Shown here: positions 18,400 to 26,807 of the stretch, one piece after another
Position numbering within the stretch: position 1 is the stretch's first letter
Layout: every line of letters begins with the position of its first letter
DNA from: an uncultured archaeon
GTDB taxonomy: Archaea > Asgardarchaeota > Thorarchaeia > Thorarchaeales > Thorarchaeaceae
NCBI GenBank assembly: GCA_964354495.1
Contig: CAYHAA010000006.1
Span: 90,001-122,000 of the forward strand
Length of the DNA: 32,000 bases
Direction of reading: 5' to 3'
Notes under the pieces: model-generated
What the model was told of the DNA's origin: nothing
Seen by the model: the letters and a program-made list of their open reading frames with translations, nothing else
Databases searched by the model: none
Program-made: the position numbers and the translations under genes

Positions 18400-18861
18400 A
18401 TGGCAAGAATGCACACAAGACGCAAGGGTCAAGCCGGAAGCAGGCATCCATCGACTATGCGCGTGCCCGAATGGCTAGACAAGGAAAAGAATGCGCAGTG
18501 GGTGGAAGAGAAGGTTATCGAGCTTGCTAAGGCAGGCAATACTCCCTCCATGATTGGGATGACATTGCGTGACCAGTACGGCGTTCCTCTAGTAAAAGTC
18601 GTCACGGGTAAGAGCGTGATTGCTATTCTCAAGGAGAACGATCTTACACGAAGAGTGCCAGAAGACCTTCGCAACATGATAATCAAGGCAACACACATTC
18701 GTAAGCACCTTGAAGAGAACAAGAAGGACCACACGTCTAAACGCGGTCTATTACTTGCTGAGAACAAGATACATCGGCTCTCCAAGTACTATCGTAAGAA
18801 GAAGGTTTTACCGGTAGACTGGAAGTACACACCTGATCAGGCTGCTGTGCTGCTAAGATAG
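18400..18861 (+). CDS. rps15: 30S ribosomal protein uS15 (S15/S13e)
   Basis: MARMHTRRKGQAGS, PSMIGMTLRDQYGVP, PEDL, KDHTSKRGLLLAENKIHRL.KYY. Confidence 0.97.
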   Translation: MARMHTRRKGQAGSRHPSTMRVPEWLDKEKNAQWVEEKVIELAKAGNTPSMIGMTLRDQYGVPLVKVVTGKSVIAILKENDLTRRVPEDLRNMIIKATHIRKHLEENKKDHTSKRGLLLAENKIHRLSKYYRKKKVLPVDWKYTPDQAAVLLR

Positions 18862-18894
18862 TTTTATCATGCTAAACACCTCCCTCTGATTGAG

Positions 18895-20223
18895 ATGACC
18901 AAAGAGACGAGTAGCAGTCCATCATTGAAGTCGCTAGAAAAAGACTGCAAGAGCATAGCTCTGGATGATAGGACTCATACCCTTATAGTGACCTCTCCAT
19001 ACCCTGCAGCAACTCTTGCCACTGCCATACTCTCGAGGGCACTCATGCGGTCTAGCGGAAGGTTCCAGATTACCTTTGGACAACCAGTCATGAGCATAGA
19101 TACACTCAACGAGTTGAGGACTAAGTATGAAACCTCAGCAGTCTTCATGATAGGTATTGACACTTTTGGATCGAAACGGGTGAAGAAGGGCAGAAGTTAT
19201 CCCATCCTGCTTGGCGGGACTTCCGAATCAGAGCAATTAGCTTCTTTCACTCTCGGAACTGATTCTACTATGACTTCAGCAGTATATGTCCTAGTCAAAT
19301 CACATATGGAATTGGATTCGTATGACTTACAGCTCGCTGCAGCAGGCGCCCTTGTTCAGGACAGCATGAATGGGTCCAAGAAGGGAGCAAGTATGGATAT
19401 CATCAAGCTAGCTGAAAAAGAAGGGCTTATTGAAGAACGAAAGGGATTCAGGCTGTTCGGAATCGGTATGTTACCACTTGATGAAGCACTTCTCTATAGC
19501 ACTCATCCCTATCTTCACACACTAAGTGGAAACCAGAAAGCGTGTGACGAGCTACTCAATAAATCAGAGATACCCGTTTCCAAACTGCGTTCCCCGCTGA
19601 GCTCGTTGAGTTCATCAGAGGCACAACGTTTGACCTCACATCTTATTACACGACTGGATCCAGAGGTAATTCCGCAACTTCTAGGCAAGGACTACATATT
19701 CACACAAGAACGCGAAACCAGTCCCCTAAGATATGCATCTGGAATTGAAATGACAGCCACTACTGCATGGGTGCGAAATGAACTTGGCGCATCGATGAGT
19801 GTATGGCTAGGCGACAGGGGAAGAGCTCTAAGGGGTCTAATTGATAGCCATATGAGTCACCATAAGGATGTCATTTCAGCAATCCAAAGGCTTGACCTGG
19901 GACTGGTTAGTGAGTCTACTCCCTCTGCTACGATAGTGAAGATTCTCGGCTCAAAGACCGAGATACTGCCTGATGTCGGTAGAATTGCTCTGAGTAACAG
20001 GTTCGTAGGTTCTGACAGACCGGTCGTTCTGGATAATAAGGAGTCCTACACCATCATCTGGCCCTCCTCCAGATTGAGCATCAAACAGGTTCTTCATGGT
20101 CTACTAAGAAAGGACATTATGCCAGTCGCCACATCTCCTCAATCCGTCACCATTGCTGGTCCATCTGAAATGAAAGAAACGTCACTTCAAATGATCACGG
20201 CCCTCACTGCGGCAGGCGGTTGA
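18895..20223 (+). CDS. Degenerate DHH/RecJ-family protein, GAN/Cdc45-like by synteny
   Basis: Sits between rps15 and pcc1. Retains GF.LFG...PL.EAL.YST.P...LSG and GA.M..WLGD family segments but lacks the DxDG and DHH motifs. Confidence 0.65.
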   Translation: MTKETSSSPSLKSLEKDCKSIALDDRTHTLIVTSPYPAATLATAILSRALMRSSGRFQITFGQPVMSIDTLNELRTKYETSAVFMIGIDTFGSKRVKKGRSYPILLGGTSESEQLASFTLGTDSTMTSAVYVLVKSHMELDSYDLQLAAAGALVQDSMNGSKKGASMDIIKLAEKEGLIEERKGFRLFGIGMLPLDEALLYSTHPYLHTLSGNQKACDELLNKSEIPVSKLRSPLSSLSSSEAQRLTSHLITRLDPEVIPQLLGKDYIFTQERETSPLRYASGIEMTATTAWVRNELGASMSVWLGDRGRALRGLIDSHMSHHKDVISAIQRLDLGLVSESTPSATIVKILGSKTEILPDVGRIALSNRFVGSDRPVVLDNKESYTIIWPSSRLSIKQVLHGLLRKDIMPVATSPQSVTIAGPSEMKETSLQMITALTAAGG

Positions 20224-20480
20224 ACATGATTGCAACAATCGAGATAGAATTTCAGTCCTCTGAGATTGCAGAGAGGGTCTTAGGCACTGTATCTCCTGAC
20301 AATTCCCCTCTCCCAACAGGATTGACCATTGAATGTGCAGTGAAAGGTGCATGTTTGTCTATCAAGATTTACTGTGAGAGACGTATTGAGAGTCTAGGTG
20401 CAACGCTGGAAGACATTATGAGTTCGATAGATCTCTCAATAAGAACTTCCGAGTCAGTGGACACTATGGAAGAATGGTGA
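20220..20480 (+). CDS. pcc1: KEOPS subunit Pcc1
   Basis: AERVLGTVSPDN and LGATLEDIMSSIDLSI patterns; 86 aa; conserved position after the DHH gene. Confidence 0.8.
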   Translation: MNMIATIEIEFQSSEIAERVLGTVSPDNSPLPTGLTIECAVKGACLSIKIYCERRIESLGATLEDIMSSIDLSIRTSESVDTMEEW

Positions 20481-20483
20481 AAC

Positions 20484-21953
20484 TTACTTCAGATCGCTAC
20501 CCACGCCTATACCCTCCACGAGTTGCTGATATGCAGCTTCGGCCTTCGCCCGAGATTGCTCTGCCATCTCTTCTGTGATGAATCCTCGTTGGACAGCTCG
20601 TTTCAGAAGATGTTGATCGATTATTCGTGGATCTTGGTCTACAGGGGCTCTCACAACATCAATCTCAAGGTCAATATAACGAATTCTTCCGGGGCTACTA
20701 CCATTGCCAGGATATACTTCAACACCAGTATTGATATTGACATACGTACCCTTGATTCGACCATTCTTTGAATAGTAATTAGTGAAGAGAGTCATTGCAC
20801 CAGGGACCACTTGAGTCAGCGCATAATCCCCCTCATCTCCTACCACATCGACATCCTCGGTATATTCCTGTACTAGCTTCAGCTTTCGATTAGTATGCCT
20901 AAACTGCCTCTTAATCACAAAATCCTTAGAACTAGCTTCTACTACTCTCCCTCTCGCCAGCACTATATTCCTACCATCTAGTTTCACATGTTCAATATTG
21001 ATTGGGTCGTCGATTTTCGGCATATCCTTTGATACAATCTTTTCAAGTTTCGATGCGATATATTCACGTTCTCCTGGACGCTCTTCAATGACCGATTCTG
21101 CAAAATCTACCAATGAGGAATAACCTGCGCTCTTGTAGAAGTGGTATCCATCAATCGTGGGTTTAATCTTCGCCCTCGTCTTATCAAGAGCATCTTTAAC
21201 CTTCGCAGGAAATTCGACATCAACATTGCTTGTCCCCTCAAAGAGTAAGCCTGTCGACTCCATCTCATCATAGTTCTTGTACACTCTTTGAGCAATATCC
21301 AGCAGGTCATCAATCTCATCTTGCAGTTCCTTGTCAGTGAGATTCTCTGCAGACGTTCTCCAGAGTATGCCCCAATTGTCAGTATGTTCACGTATCTTTC
21401 TGCCAAGGCTCGCAAGTTTATATCGCGCCTCTGGCTCCTTTATCTTTGTACTGAGCCGCACAACTGGTTCCGGAAGAAGAACTGCAGAACGTCCAGGTAT
21501 GGTGATACTGGAAGACAAAACAGGCGCCTTGCGCCCGTAATCATGAGCACGAATCTGAACGATCAGATATTGACCACGTTGAAGGCCTCGGTCAGGCAAA
21601 AGCCCTGATATGGGTCCCAAATCTACTTTTGTCTGTCCTGTCTTTTCATCTCGACCAGATACGATACCACGATAGATTGAACTCTTAGCAACTCTAGGAG
21701 TCCGTGTTATCACTCCGCCCAGCCGTCGACGGATCACATCAGTGAGTCGACTCAGAATCGATTCATACGCAATAGCAACAATGCCTTGCAGGTCGCTTCG
21801 ATCCCAGATATCGACATCCGGAATCTCATTACGATAAGGAAGACCAAACCTTCTAGCCACTTCAGGAGTCGGTTGAACCACCTCGAAGTGGTTCTGTAAC
21901 ATTATCTGGGTCAACGACTGTGAGTAGATTCCTCTTATCTTTACCTTAATCAT
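20484..21953 (-). CDS. fau-1: FAU-1 RNA-binding ribonuclease (S1/RNase E-like N-terminus plus DUF402)
   Basis: VKIRGIYS..LT......F.VVQP...ARRF, HFYKS, YVNINTGVE.YP, RYIDLEIDVV. ATG 21953 is preferred over 21998. Confidence 0.85.
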   Translation of the reverse strand: MIKVKIRGIYSQSLTQIMLQNHFEVVQPTPEVARRFGLPYRNEIPDVDIWDRSDLQGIVAIAYESILSRLTDVIRRRLGGVITRTPRVAKSSIYRGIVSGRDEKTGQTKVDLGPISGLLPDRGLQRGQYLIVQIRAHDYGRKAPVLSSSITIPGRSAVLLPEPVVRLSTKIKEPEARYKLASLGRKIREHTDNWGILWRTSAENLTDKELQDEIDDLLDIAQRVYKNYDEMESTGLLFEGTSNVDVEFPAKVKDALDKTRAKIKPTIDGYHFYKSAGYSSLVDFAESVIEERPGEREYIASKLEKIVSKDMPKIDDPINIEHVKLDGRNIVLARGRVVEASSKDFVIKRQFRHTNRKLKLVQEYTEDVDVVGDEGDYALTQVVPGAMTLFTNYYSKNGRIKGTYVNINTGVEVYPGNGSSPGRIRYIDLEIDVVRAPVDQDPRIIDQHLLKRAVQRGFITEEMAEQSRAKAEAAYQQLVEGIGVGSDLK

Positions 21954-22039
21954 GAATAGACCCTGGCCCTGGTTTTTGATGCCAGCCCTTTCCTGCAATG
22001 GGTGCTGGCTGGATTGTTTGTTAACAAGACCAAATCGGC

Positions 22040-22303
22040 CTAGTCACGTATTGGCTCCAATAGACTGGATACATGCCAAATCCTTGTCCGCGCATGATTA
22101 GGGCAGTTCGGATCCTGACTCGGCTCATCCAAGATGGATATTGCATTCTGTGCTCTCACCGCAGGAGAGTCTAATTCATTCTCAAGAACTGCTATTGATT
22201 CATTAGCAGCACGCCGGATATTCCTTGGAACTGAGGAGTCCTCTGATATCTGCTTAAGAATGTGTTTGGATTGGTCAATGCTCTTCTGAGTTTCGGGGTC
22301 CAA
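22040..22303 (-). CDS. UPF0147-family protein
   Basis: D.SVPRNIRRAA, RA.NAISILDE...DPN.P..ART.IW. TTG 22303 follows a GAGGTGA RBS (the track gives 22333). Confidence 0.85.
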   Translation of the reverse strand: MDPETQKSIDQSKHILKQISEDSSVPRNIRRAANESIAVLENELDSPAVRAQNAISILDEPSQDPNCPNHARTRIWHVSSLLEPIRD

Positions 22304-22442
22304 TGGACTCACCTCTAAATGGTCTTGACACACAAATTGTGTGTGAACAACAAGGACCTAGCAGGCTCAGACCATATCAACATTTTCATAATGACGCATC
22401 CGACCAGTACGGCTTATATCGAAGTTAGGGGAATCCAAGGCT

Positions 22443-22805
22443 GTGCAGACAATGGACGACAGCGATGATGTTTCAGTCAAAAAGATGGCTGAGTTACTTC
22501 GACGTGGTGCAACAATGCTTGCAGAATCGTGTCCACAGTGTGGATCCCCCCTCTTTAAGGTGGGAGATGATATCTACTGTGCAAAATGCGATAGGCGTAT
22601 CGTCTATGCTAAGTCAAGTGATGCCGTCGAAGCACAGGCAGTGAAGACACTAATACCCGAGCTCAGAGTGACACTGATAGCGAAACTAAAGGCACTGAAT
22701 GAGCTAGTGGGGTCAGAAAACGACATAGAGGCTCTGACCAGAATTGCCAATCTGATGGTATTACTCCTACAATCGCTTCATCACTTAGAGAGTATGAAGG
22801 AGTGA
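22443..22805 (+). CDS. UPF0148 / Sjogren autoantigen-p27-like zinc-ribbon protein
   Basis: KKMAELLRRGATML..SCPQCGSPLF......YCAKC. Confidence 0.85.
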   Translation: MQTMDDSDDVSVKKMAELLRRGATMLAESCPQCGSPLFKVGDDIYCAKCDRRIVYAKSSDAVEAQAVKTLIPELRVTLIAKLKALNELVGSENDIEALTRIANLMVLLLQSLHHLESMKE

Positions 22806-22855
22806 AATCAGACCACTCCTACAATTCCATCCTGTTACGTTGGCTCAGAGCTATT

Positions 22856-23512
22856 TTACTCTGACGCCTTTTCAGCAGTACCACCACGCCTGAGGCGAGC
22901 TCTTCGAGTCTTTACTTCCTCTGGTCCCTTGAGCACCTTACTCTTACGAATCTCACATTCTCGGATTGGGATGATCTTCTTCACATCATCATATACCTCG
23001 CCCGCAAGGTCTCCCAGAATCACCTTGGTCACGAGTTCATCAAAAGTGTGTTTCTTTGCGTGAGCTCTGATGACTTTCTCTATTGCCTTTCTCGCTGAAT
23101 GTTCCTGACTCGTCTTTGAACGAGTCATTGTGAACACAATCACAGAAACACGCATTAGATAGTCGTCCTTTGTCAGAATAGGCCCAATCCAGTCGATTCT
23201 TGAAGTGCCTCTTCTCACAAGTCCTCGTAGATAGTCAGAGCTCCACTCGTGCCCATAGAAGCTGGTCTTGGCCTGCTGACCTGTGACCTCGAGGATCTTG
23301 AATCGGAGTCTGACGTGAATCTTGTCAAAGTCTCCAGTCAGGTCATAGAGTGTGGGTTCAACAGTACGTCCAATCAGCTTTTCCGGTGTTTCACTTGGAG
23401 TTGTGCCTATCTCCTTGTTCTCGAAAATGTCTGGAGTTATGATCTGGTACCATATTTTCTCTCTCCATTTGTCTCGAGTTCTTGCCGCTGACTGTTTTGT
23501 TTTTGAGGACAT
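22856..23512 (-). CDS. rps3ae: 30S ribosomal protein eS1 (S3ae)
   Basis: DKWREK.WY, LIGR.VE.TLYDLTGD, DYLRGLVRRG.SRID, IIPIR.CEIRKSKVL. ATG 23512; the 50-codon upstream extension in the track is not eS1-like. Confidence 0.95.
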   Translation of the reverse strand: MSSKTKQSAARTRDKWREKIWYQIITPDIFENKEIGTTPSETPEKLIGRTVEPTLYDLTGDFDKIHVRLRFKILEVTGQQAKTSFYGHEWSSDYLRGLVRRGTSRIDWIGPILTKDDYLMRVSVIVFTMTRSKTSQEHSARKAIEKVIRAHAKKHTFDELVTKVILGDLAGEVYDDVKKIIPIRECEIRKSKVLKGPEEVKTRRARLRRGGTAEKASE

Positions 23513-23525
23513 CTGACTATCACAC

Positions 23526-23589
23526 TCGCACTGGACACATATTGATGAGTCCAGAGAATCGCGAAATGGCCCATGGCCTGACCATTGGG
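23526..23589 (-). promoter_or_regulatory. Structured 5' leader of rps3ae (two hairpins)
   Basis: Stems 23526-23529/23561-23564 and 23531-23536/23549-23554, plus 23570-23576/23582-23589. TATA-like TTTTTATT on the minus strand at 23621-23614. Confidence 0.45.
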
Positions 23590-23767
23590 ATGGCGCCGAC
23601 ATCCAACGAGTCGAATAAAAACGTTGCCTTGAGGATGAATTTGACGCTTCCAATTTTGTCAATCAGGAATCATGTCACAACGTTTTTCTGACCTGTTCTT
23701 AGTTGCCACAACATTCAAGGTTCTGACCAGAAACTAGATATGACTATCCTTCATCATCTCGGCTGAG

Positions 23768-23914
23768 ATGCATGATATGGACGCAGTTGCATGTTCGCGT
23801 TGTGGGTACGCCAATGTTGCCCTTGTCCGCAAAGAGCCATTAGTGAGCGGCAAATATCGAAAGAAGTACCACTGCCCACGTTGTAGCAATACGTGGGAAA
23901 CCATTGACAAGTAG
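23768..23914 (+). CDS. Small C4 zinc-ribbon protein (TFIIS-C-like), missed by the ORF track
   Basis: Hand translation: MHDMDAVACSRCGYANVALVRKEPLVSGKYRKKYHCPRCSNTWETIDK* (CxxC-23-CxxC..W). Confidence 0.7.
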   Translation: MHDMDAVACSRCGYANVALVRKEPLVSGKYRKKYHCPRCSNTWETIDK

Positions 23915-23931
23915 AGCCGCTTATACAAAAC

Positions 23932-23940
23932 GGTTAAAAT
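23932..23940 (+). promoter_or_regulatory. Putative TATA box of tRNA-Leu
   Basis: GGTTAAAAT about 30 nt upstream of the tRNA. A similar GGTTAAAT lies upstream of tRNA-Ser on the minus strand (24307-24300). Confidence 0.45.
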
Positions 23941-23966
23941 GAATCCACTCTTCACTCTGCCTCAGC

Positions 23967-24054
23967 GCGGAGGTTGCCAAGCATGGTCAACGGCGTAGGA
24001 CTTAGGCTCCTATTCAGTAGTGATTCGCGAGTTCAAATCTCGCCCTCCGCACCA
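23967..24054 (+). tRNA. tRNA-Leu(TAG), intronless, CCA encoded
   Basis: Acceptor GCGGAGG/CCTCCGC, anticodon arm TAGGA-CTTAGGC-TCCTA, long variable arm, T arm GCGAG-TTCAAAT-CTCGC, A73, CCA. Confidence 0.96.
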
Positions 24055-24177
24055 TCTTCTCTTTTCCCAGTATACTCGGCAAGGCTATGGACCTCTGAAT
24101 CATGTGTATAAGTTCTATACCACTGTTCTCTCTGCGAGTGAATCTCGTCCTAGGCCAAGAATATGAATTAGAAGAGA

Positions 24178-24261
24178 TGGCGCCGGGGACGGGACTTGAA
24201 CCCGCGCGTGCGAACACAGCGGTTTTCGAGACCGCCTCCATAGCCACTAGGAGACCCCGGC
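24178..24261 (-). tRNA. tRNA-Ser(CGA), intronless, CCA encoded
   Basis: Reverse complement: acceptor GCCGGGG/CCCCGGC, anticodon arm GCGGT-CTCGAAA-ACCGC, variable arm GTG-TTCG-CAC, T arm GCGGG-TTCAAGT-CCCGT, G73, CCA. Confidence 0.96.
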
Positions 24262-24308
24262 TCACAAGTACTTCTGCAACTCAGTTCAGGCTGCTATTGA
24301 TTTAACCA

Positions 24309-25691
24309 TTACTGGAGTTCTTTAAGAGCTTGCGACATTGCGCCTTTTGCCAGGCTGGCCAGCCTATCCACAGTAGATTGTTTTTTCGCTCCCATGTAGA
24401 CTCTCGCCTTTGGTTCTGTTCCAGACACCCGAACAAGAATATAGGATCCATCAGTACAATCAATACGTACTCCGTCAACCTCGAGAATCTTGTCTATTCC
24501 GCTCATCTGTGGTATCAGTAGTTCCTTTACTCTGGGCAAGAATGCTTGCTTGACCTTGTCCGGACAGGGGACTTGGTCCCTGAGTACGGGATATTTCGGA
24601 ACGCTCTCCATCAGTTTCATGCAGCTACTATCACCATATTCGTCCATCAATTGTGCGAATCTAGCCGCTCCGAGAATACCGTCCATCCATCCCCCGATAG
24701 CAGTGAAGATTGGCTTCCAAGGCTCTGATGCGAAGACAACGTCTTTTCCCTTGTCTGAAGCCAAGAACTCCTGAAGCGATCCCAATGGCATACGCGTCAC
24801 CTGTCCGCCAGCTGCTGTGACAAGCTCATCAATGACACTGGAGGTGTCAATGGACGTGACGACAATCCCGCCGTCAGCTCTCTCCACCTCATCTCTTGCG
24901 AAGAGAGCGATGACACGATTCTGGTCGATGAATTCGCCCCGTTCATCAATCACTGCTAACCTGTCTCCATCCCCGTCGTGACACATCGTCACTGCAAAAT
25001 CAGAATTTGCCGCCATCTTCATTGCATCACGAAGGTTCTCTGGTGATGGTTCTGCGGGTCTTCCTGGGAAGTGCCCGTCTTGATGAGAGTTCATAGTGGT
25101 CACAGAGAATCCCATATCTAAGAGCAGATATGGCGTGTAATCGGTAGCTGCACCATTTGCCAAGTCAAGCAGTACCTTGGTACCTTTACTCCCTGTGCCT
25201 CGTTTCAGTAAGAAGTCCTTGAGACGCTTCAGATACTGATCCCTGATCTCAAGGGGCTGTACCTTTCCACAACAGTCCCAGTCTGCAACGAGGTATCGCT
25301 TTTCAGCAACACAATTTTGTATGAATGACTCCTCAGTCCTGATGAACTCTCTCCCGCCCGTGAAGAACTTGAATCCGTTGTCTGTGGCTGGGTTATGACT
25401 TGCTGTCACGATGACCGATGCTGAAATGCCATTGATTTGACTGCAATATGCGACTGCTGGCATCGGTGCAATTCCCAAGTCCATCACATTTGTACCAGTA
25501 GATACAACACCAGCAACGAGTCCGTTTCTTAGCATCTCTCTAGAGGTTCGTGCATCTGTCCCGATTCCAACTGTTCCTCCTCCCTTCAAGAAGGTGCCAA
25601 GTGCTCTACCAAGATTCAGTGCCAGCTCAGCTGTTGTTTTCTCTGTGATTGAGCCACGTATTCCCGAAGTCCCGAACAGTTTGCCTGTCAT
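24309..25691 (-). CDS. Alpha-D-phosphohexomutase (GlmM/PMM-PGM family)
   Basis: LFGTSGIRG, VTASHNP (phospho-Ser), DGDGDR metal loop, VRVSGTEPKARVY. Sugar-binding loop is SEPWK rather than GExSG, so the substrate is uncertain. Confidence 0.9.
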   Translation of the reverse strand: MTGKLFGTSGIRGSITEKTTAELALNLGRALGTFLKGGGTVGIGTDARTSREMLRNGLVAGVVSTGTNVMDLGIAPMPAVAYCSQINGISASVIVTASHNPATDNGFKFFTGGREFIRTEESFIQNCVAEKRYLVADWDCCGKVQPLEIRDQYLKRLKDFLLKRGTGSKGTKVLLDLANGAATDYTPYLLLDMGFSVTTMNSHQDGHFPGRPAEPSPENLRDAMKMAANSDFAVTMCHDGDGDRLAVIDERGEFIDQNRVIALFARDEVERADGGIVVTSIDTSSVIDELVTAAGGQVTRMPLGSLQEFLASDKGKDVVFASEPWKPIFTAIGGWMDGILGAARFAQLMDEYGDSSCMKLMESVPKYPVLRDQVPCPDKVKQAFLPRVKELLIPQMSGIDKILEVDGVRIDCTDGSYILVRVSGTEPKARVYMGAKKQSTVDRLASLAKGAMSQALKELQ

Positions 25692-25701
25692 GCGTATTCC
25701 T

Positions 25702-26679
25702 CTAGCTTTGTGGCAGTGCAAGGTCGACGATATCCTTTGCAGCCTCGCCTATTCTCAGCAAATTGTCAACAACATAGAGCTGAGTCTGTAATTGTCCATG
25801 CGGTGTTGTTATAATGTGTTGTTTCAATTTTGCAGTTTCAGAGATGAGCCACCGCTCTGTTTCAATCACCGAGATTACTTTCTTTGAACTGAACTTGAAC
25901 AAGTTATTCACGGCATCAGAGAGCATCTCTCGCACACCTTTGACAACTGGTTCGAATTTCTGTACAAGTTTCTTATCAATCGGCTCTTCAGCCCTTTGAG
26001 CAACGTCTACTGCATAATCAGCTATTCGTTCAAGATATTGTGCCGCTAGCCTGTAATCAACAGCCTCAACTGGTGTGATTTTCATCATCTCACTCACTCT
26101 TGGATATTGGATTGCAGATCTCAGCTCTCTGACTATCAGGAAGAAGAGTCTGTCCACCTCCTCATCACGTTGAATAACATCCTCAGCTCCCTCCTTTGAT
26201 CCCTCGAAATAAGCTCTTAGAGAGTCTTCAATCATCCTCGACGCTATCAAGTTCATGCGCTTCATTGCAGTGCCTACAGGTAGAGTTGCAGGGTCGATTA
26301 GGCATCTTAGTACTATCTGGTAGTCATCCTCCTCCGTCACCTCTAGTGCAACGAATCTCTTGATGACATTCTTCAGCTCATCTCTCTGGGCGTTTGTAAT
26401 TGGTTCTTTACTCACAATTCGAATTTCATCGAAACCAAGCAAGTATCTACTAGTTATCTCCCAACGCAGGTCATGTTCAATCTGTGTCGTTGTTGATCGT
26501 GTTTCTCCCGCCTTTGGAAGTCGAGGATCAACGATGAGACATCCATCATCACGTTCAATCAGAACAACTGGGTCGCCTTTGCTGAGGCGCTGGCTATCCA
26601 CCCATTGCTTGGGCAGAATCACAAGAAACGAGCTGCCGGTTTTTCCCCCGGTCTGTTGGAGCTTTCTGATGTATACCAT
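25702..26679 (-). CDS. phoU: Archaeal PhoU regulator with N-terminal AbrB-like domain
   Basis: RKLQ.TGG...SS..V.LPK.W (AbrB-like), YL.GFDEI, D.EVDRLFFL..R, LERIADYA. Confidence 0.85.
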   Translation of the reverse strand: MVYIRKLQQTGGKTGSSFLVILPKQWVDSQRLSKGDPVVLIERDDGCLIVDPRLPKAGETRSTTTQIEHDLRWEITSRYLLGFDEIRIVSKEPITNAQRDELKNVIKRFVALEVTEEDDYQIVLRCLIDPATLPVGTAMKRMNLIASRMIEDSLRAYFEGSKEGAEDVIQRDEEVDRLFFLIVRELRSAIQYPRVSEMMKITPVEAVDYRLAAQYLERIADYAVDVAQRAEEPIDKKLVQKFEPVVKGVREMLSDAVNNLFKFSSKKVISVIETERWLISETAKLKQHIITTPHGQLQTQLYVVDNLLRIGEAAKDIVDLALPQS

Positions 26680-26807
26680 TAGTATCACCTGCTGGTGATG
26701 GTAAGCACAAACTGAGATGTGAAAGGCGCGCTTATTACACTTCCCGCAGGTTCGTAGGGAGGCAGACGTTTAAAACAGGAATTCATCATTTCACCATTGG
26801 TGGCTAC

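Noticed and set aside
23542-23581. Box C (TGATGA) and box D (CTGA) on the plus strand, suggesting a C/D sRNA
   Set aside because: Only about 29 nt separate the boxes, with no convincing D'/C' pair. The boxes fall inside hairpins better read on the minus strand.
23513-23662. 50-codon extension of eS1, and the opposite ORF 23482-23691
   Set aside because: Neither looks protein-like; the region is better explained as promoter plus structured leader.
24014-24305. ORFs 24014-24265 (-) and 24102-24305 (+)
   Set aside because: They overlap tRNA genes and are translation artefacts.
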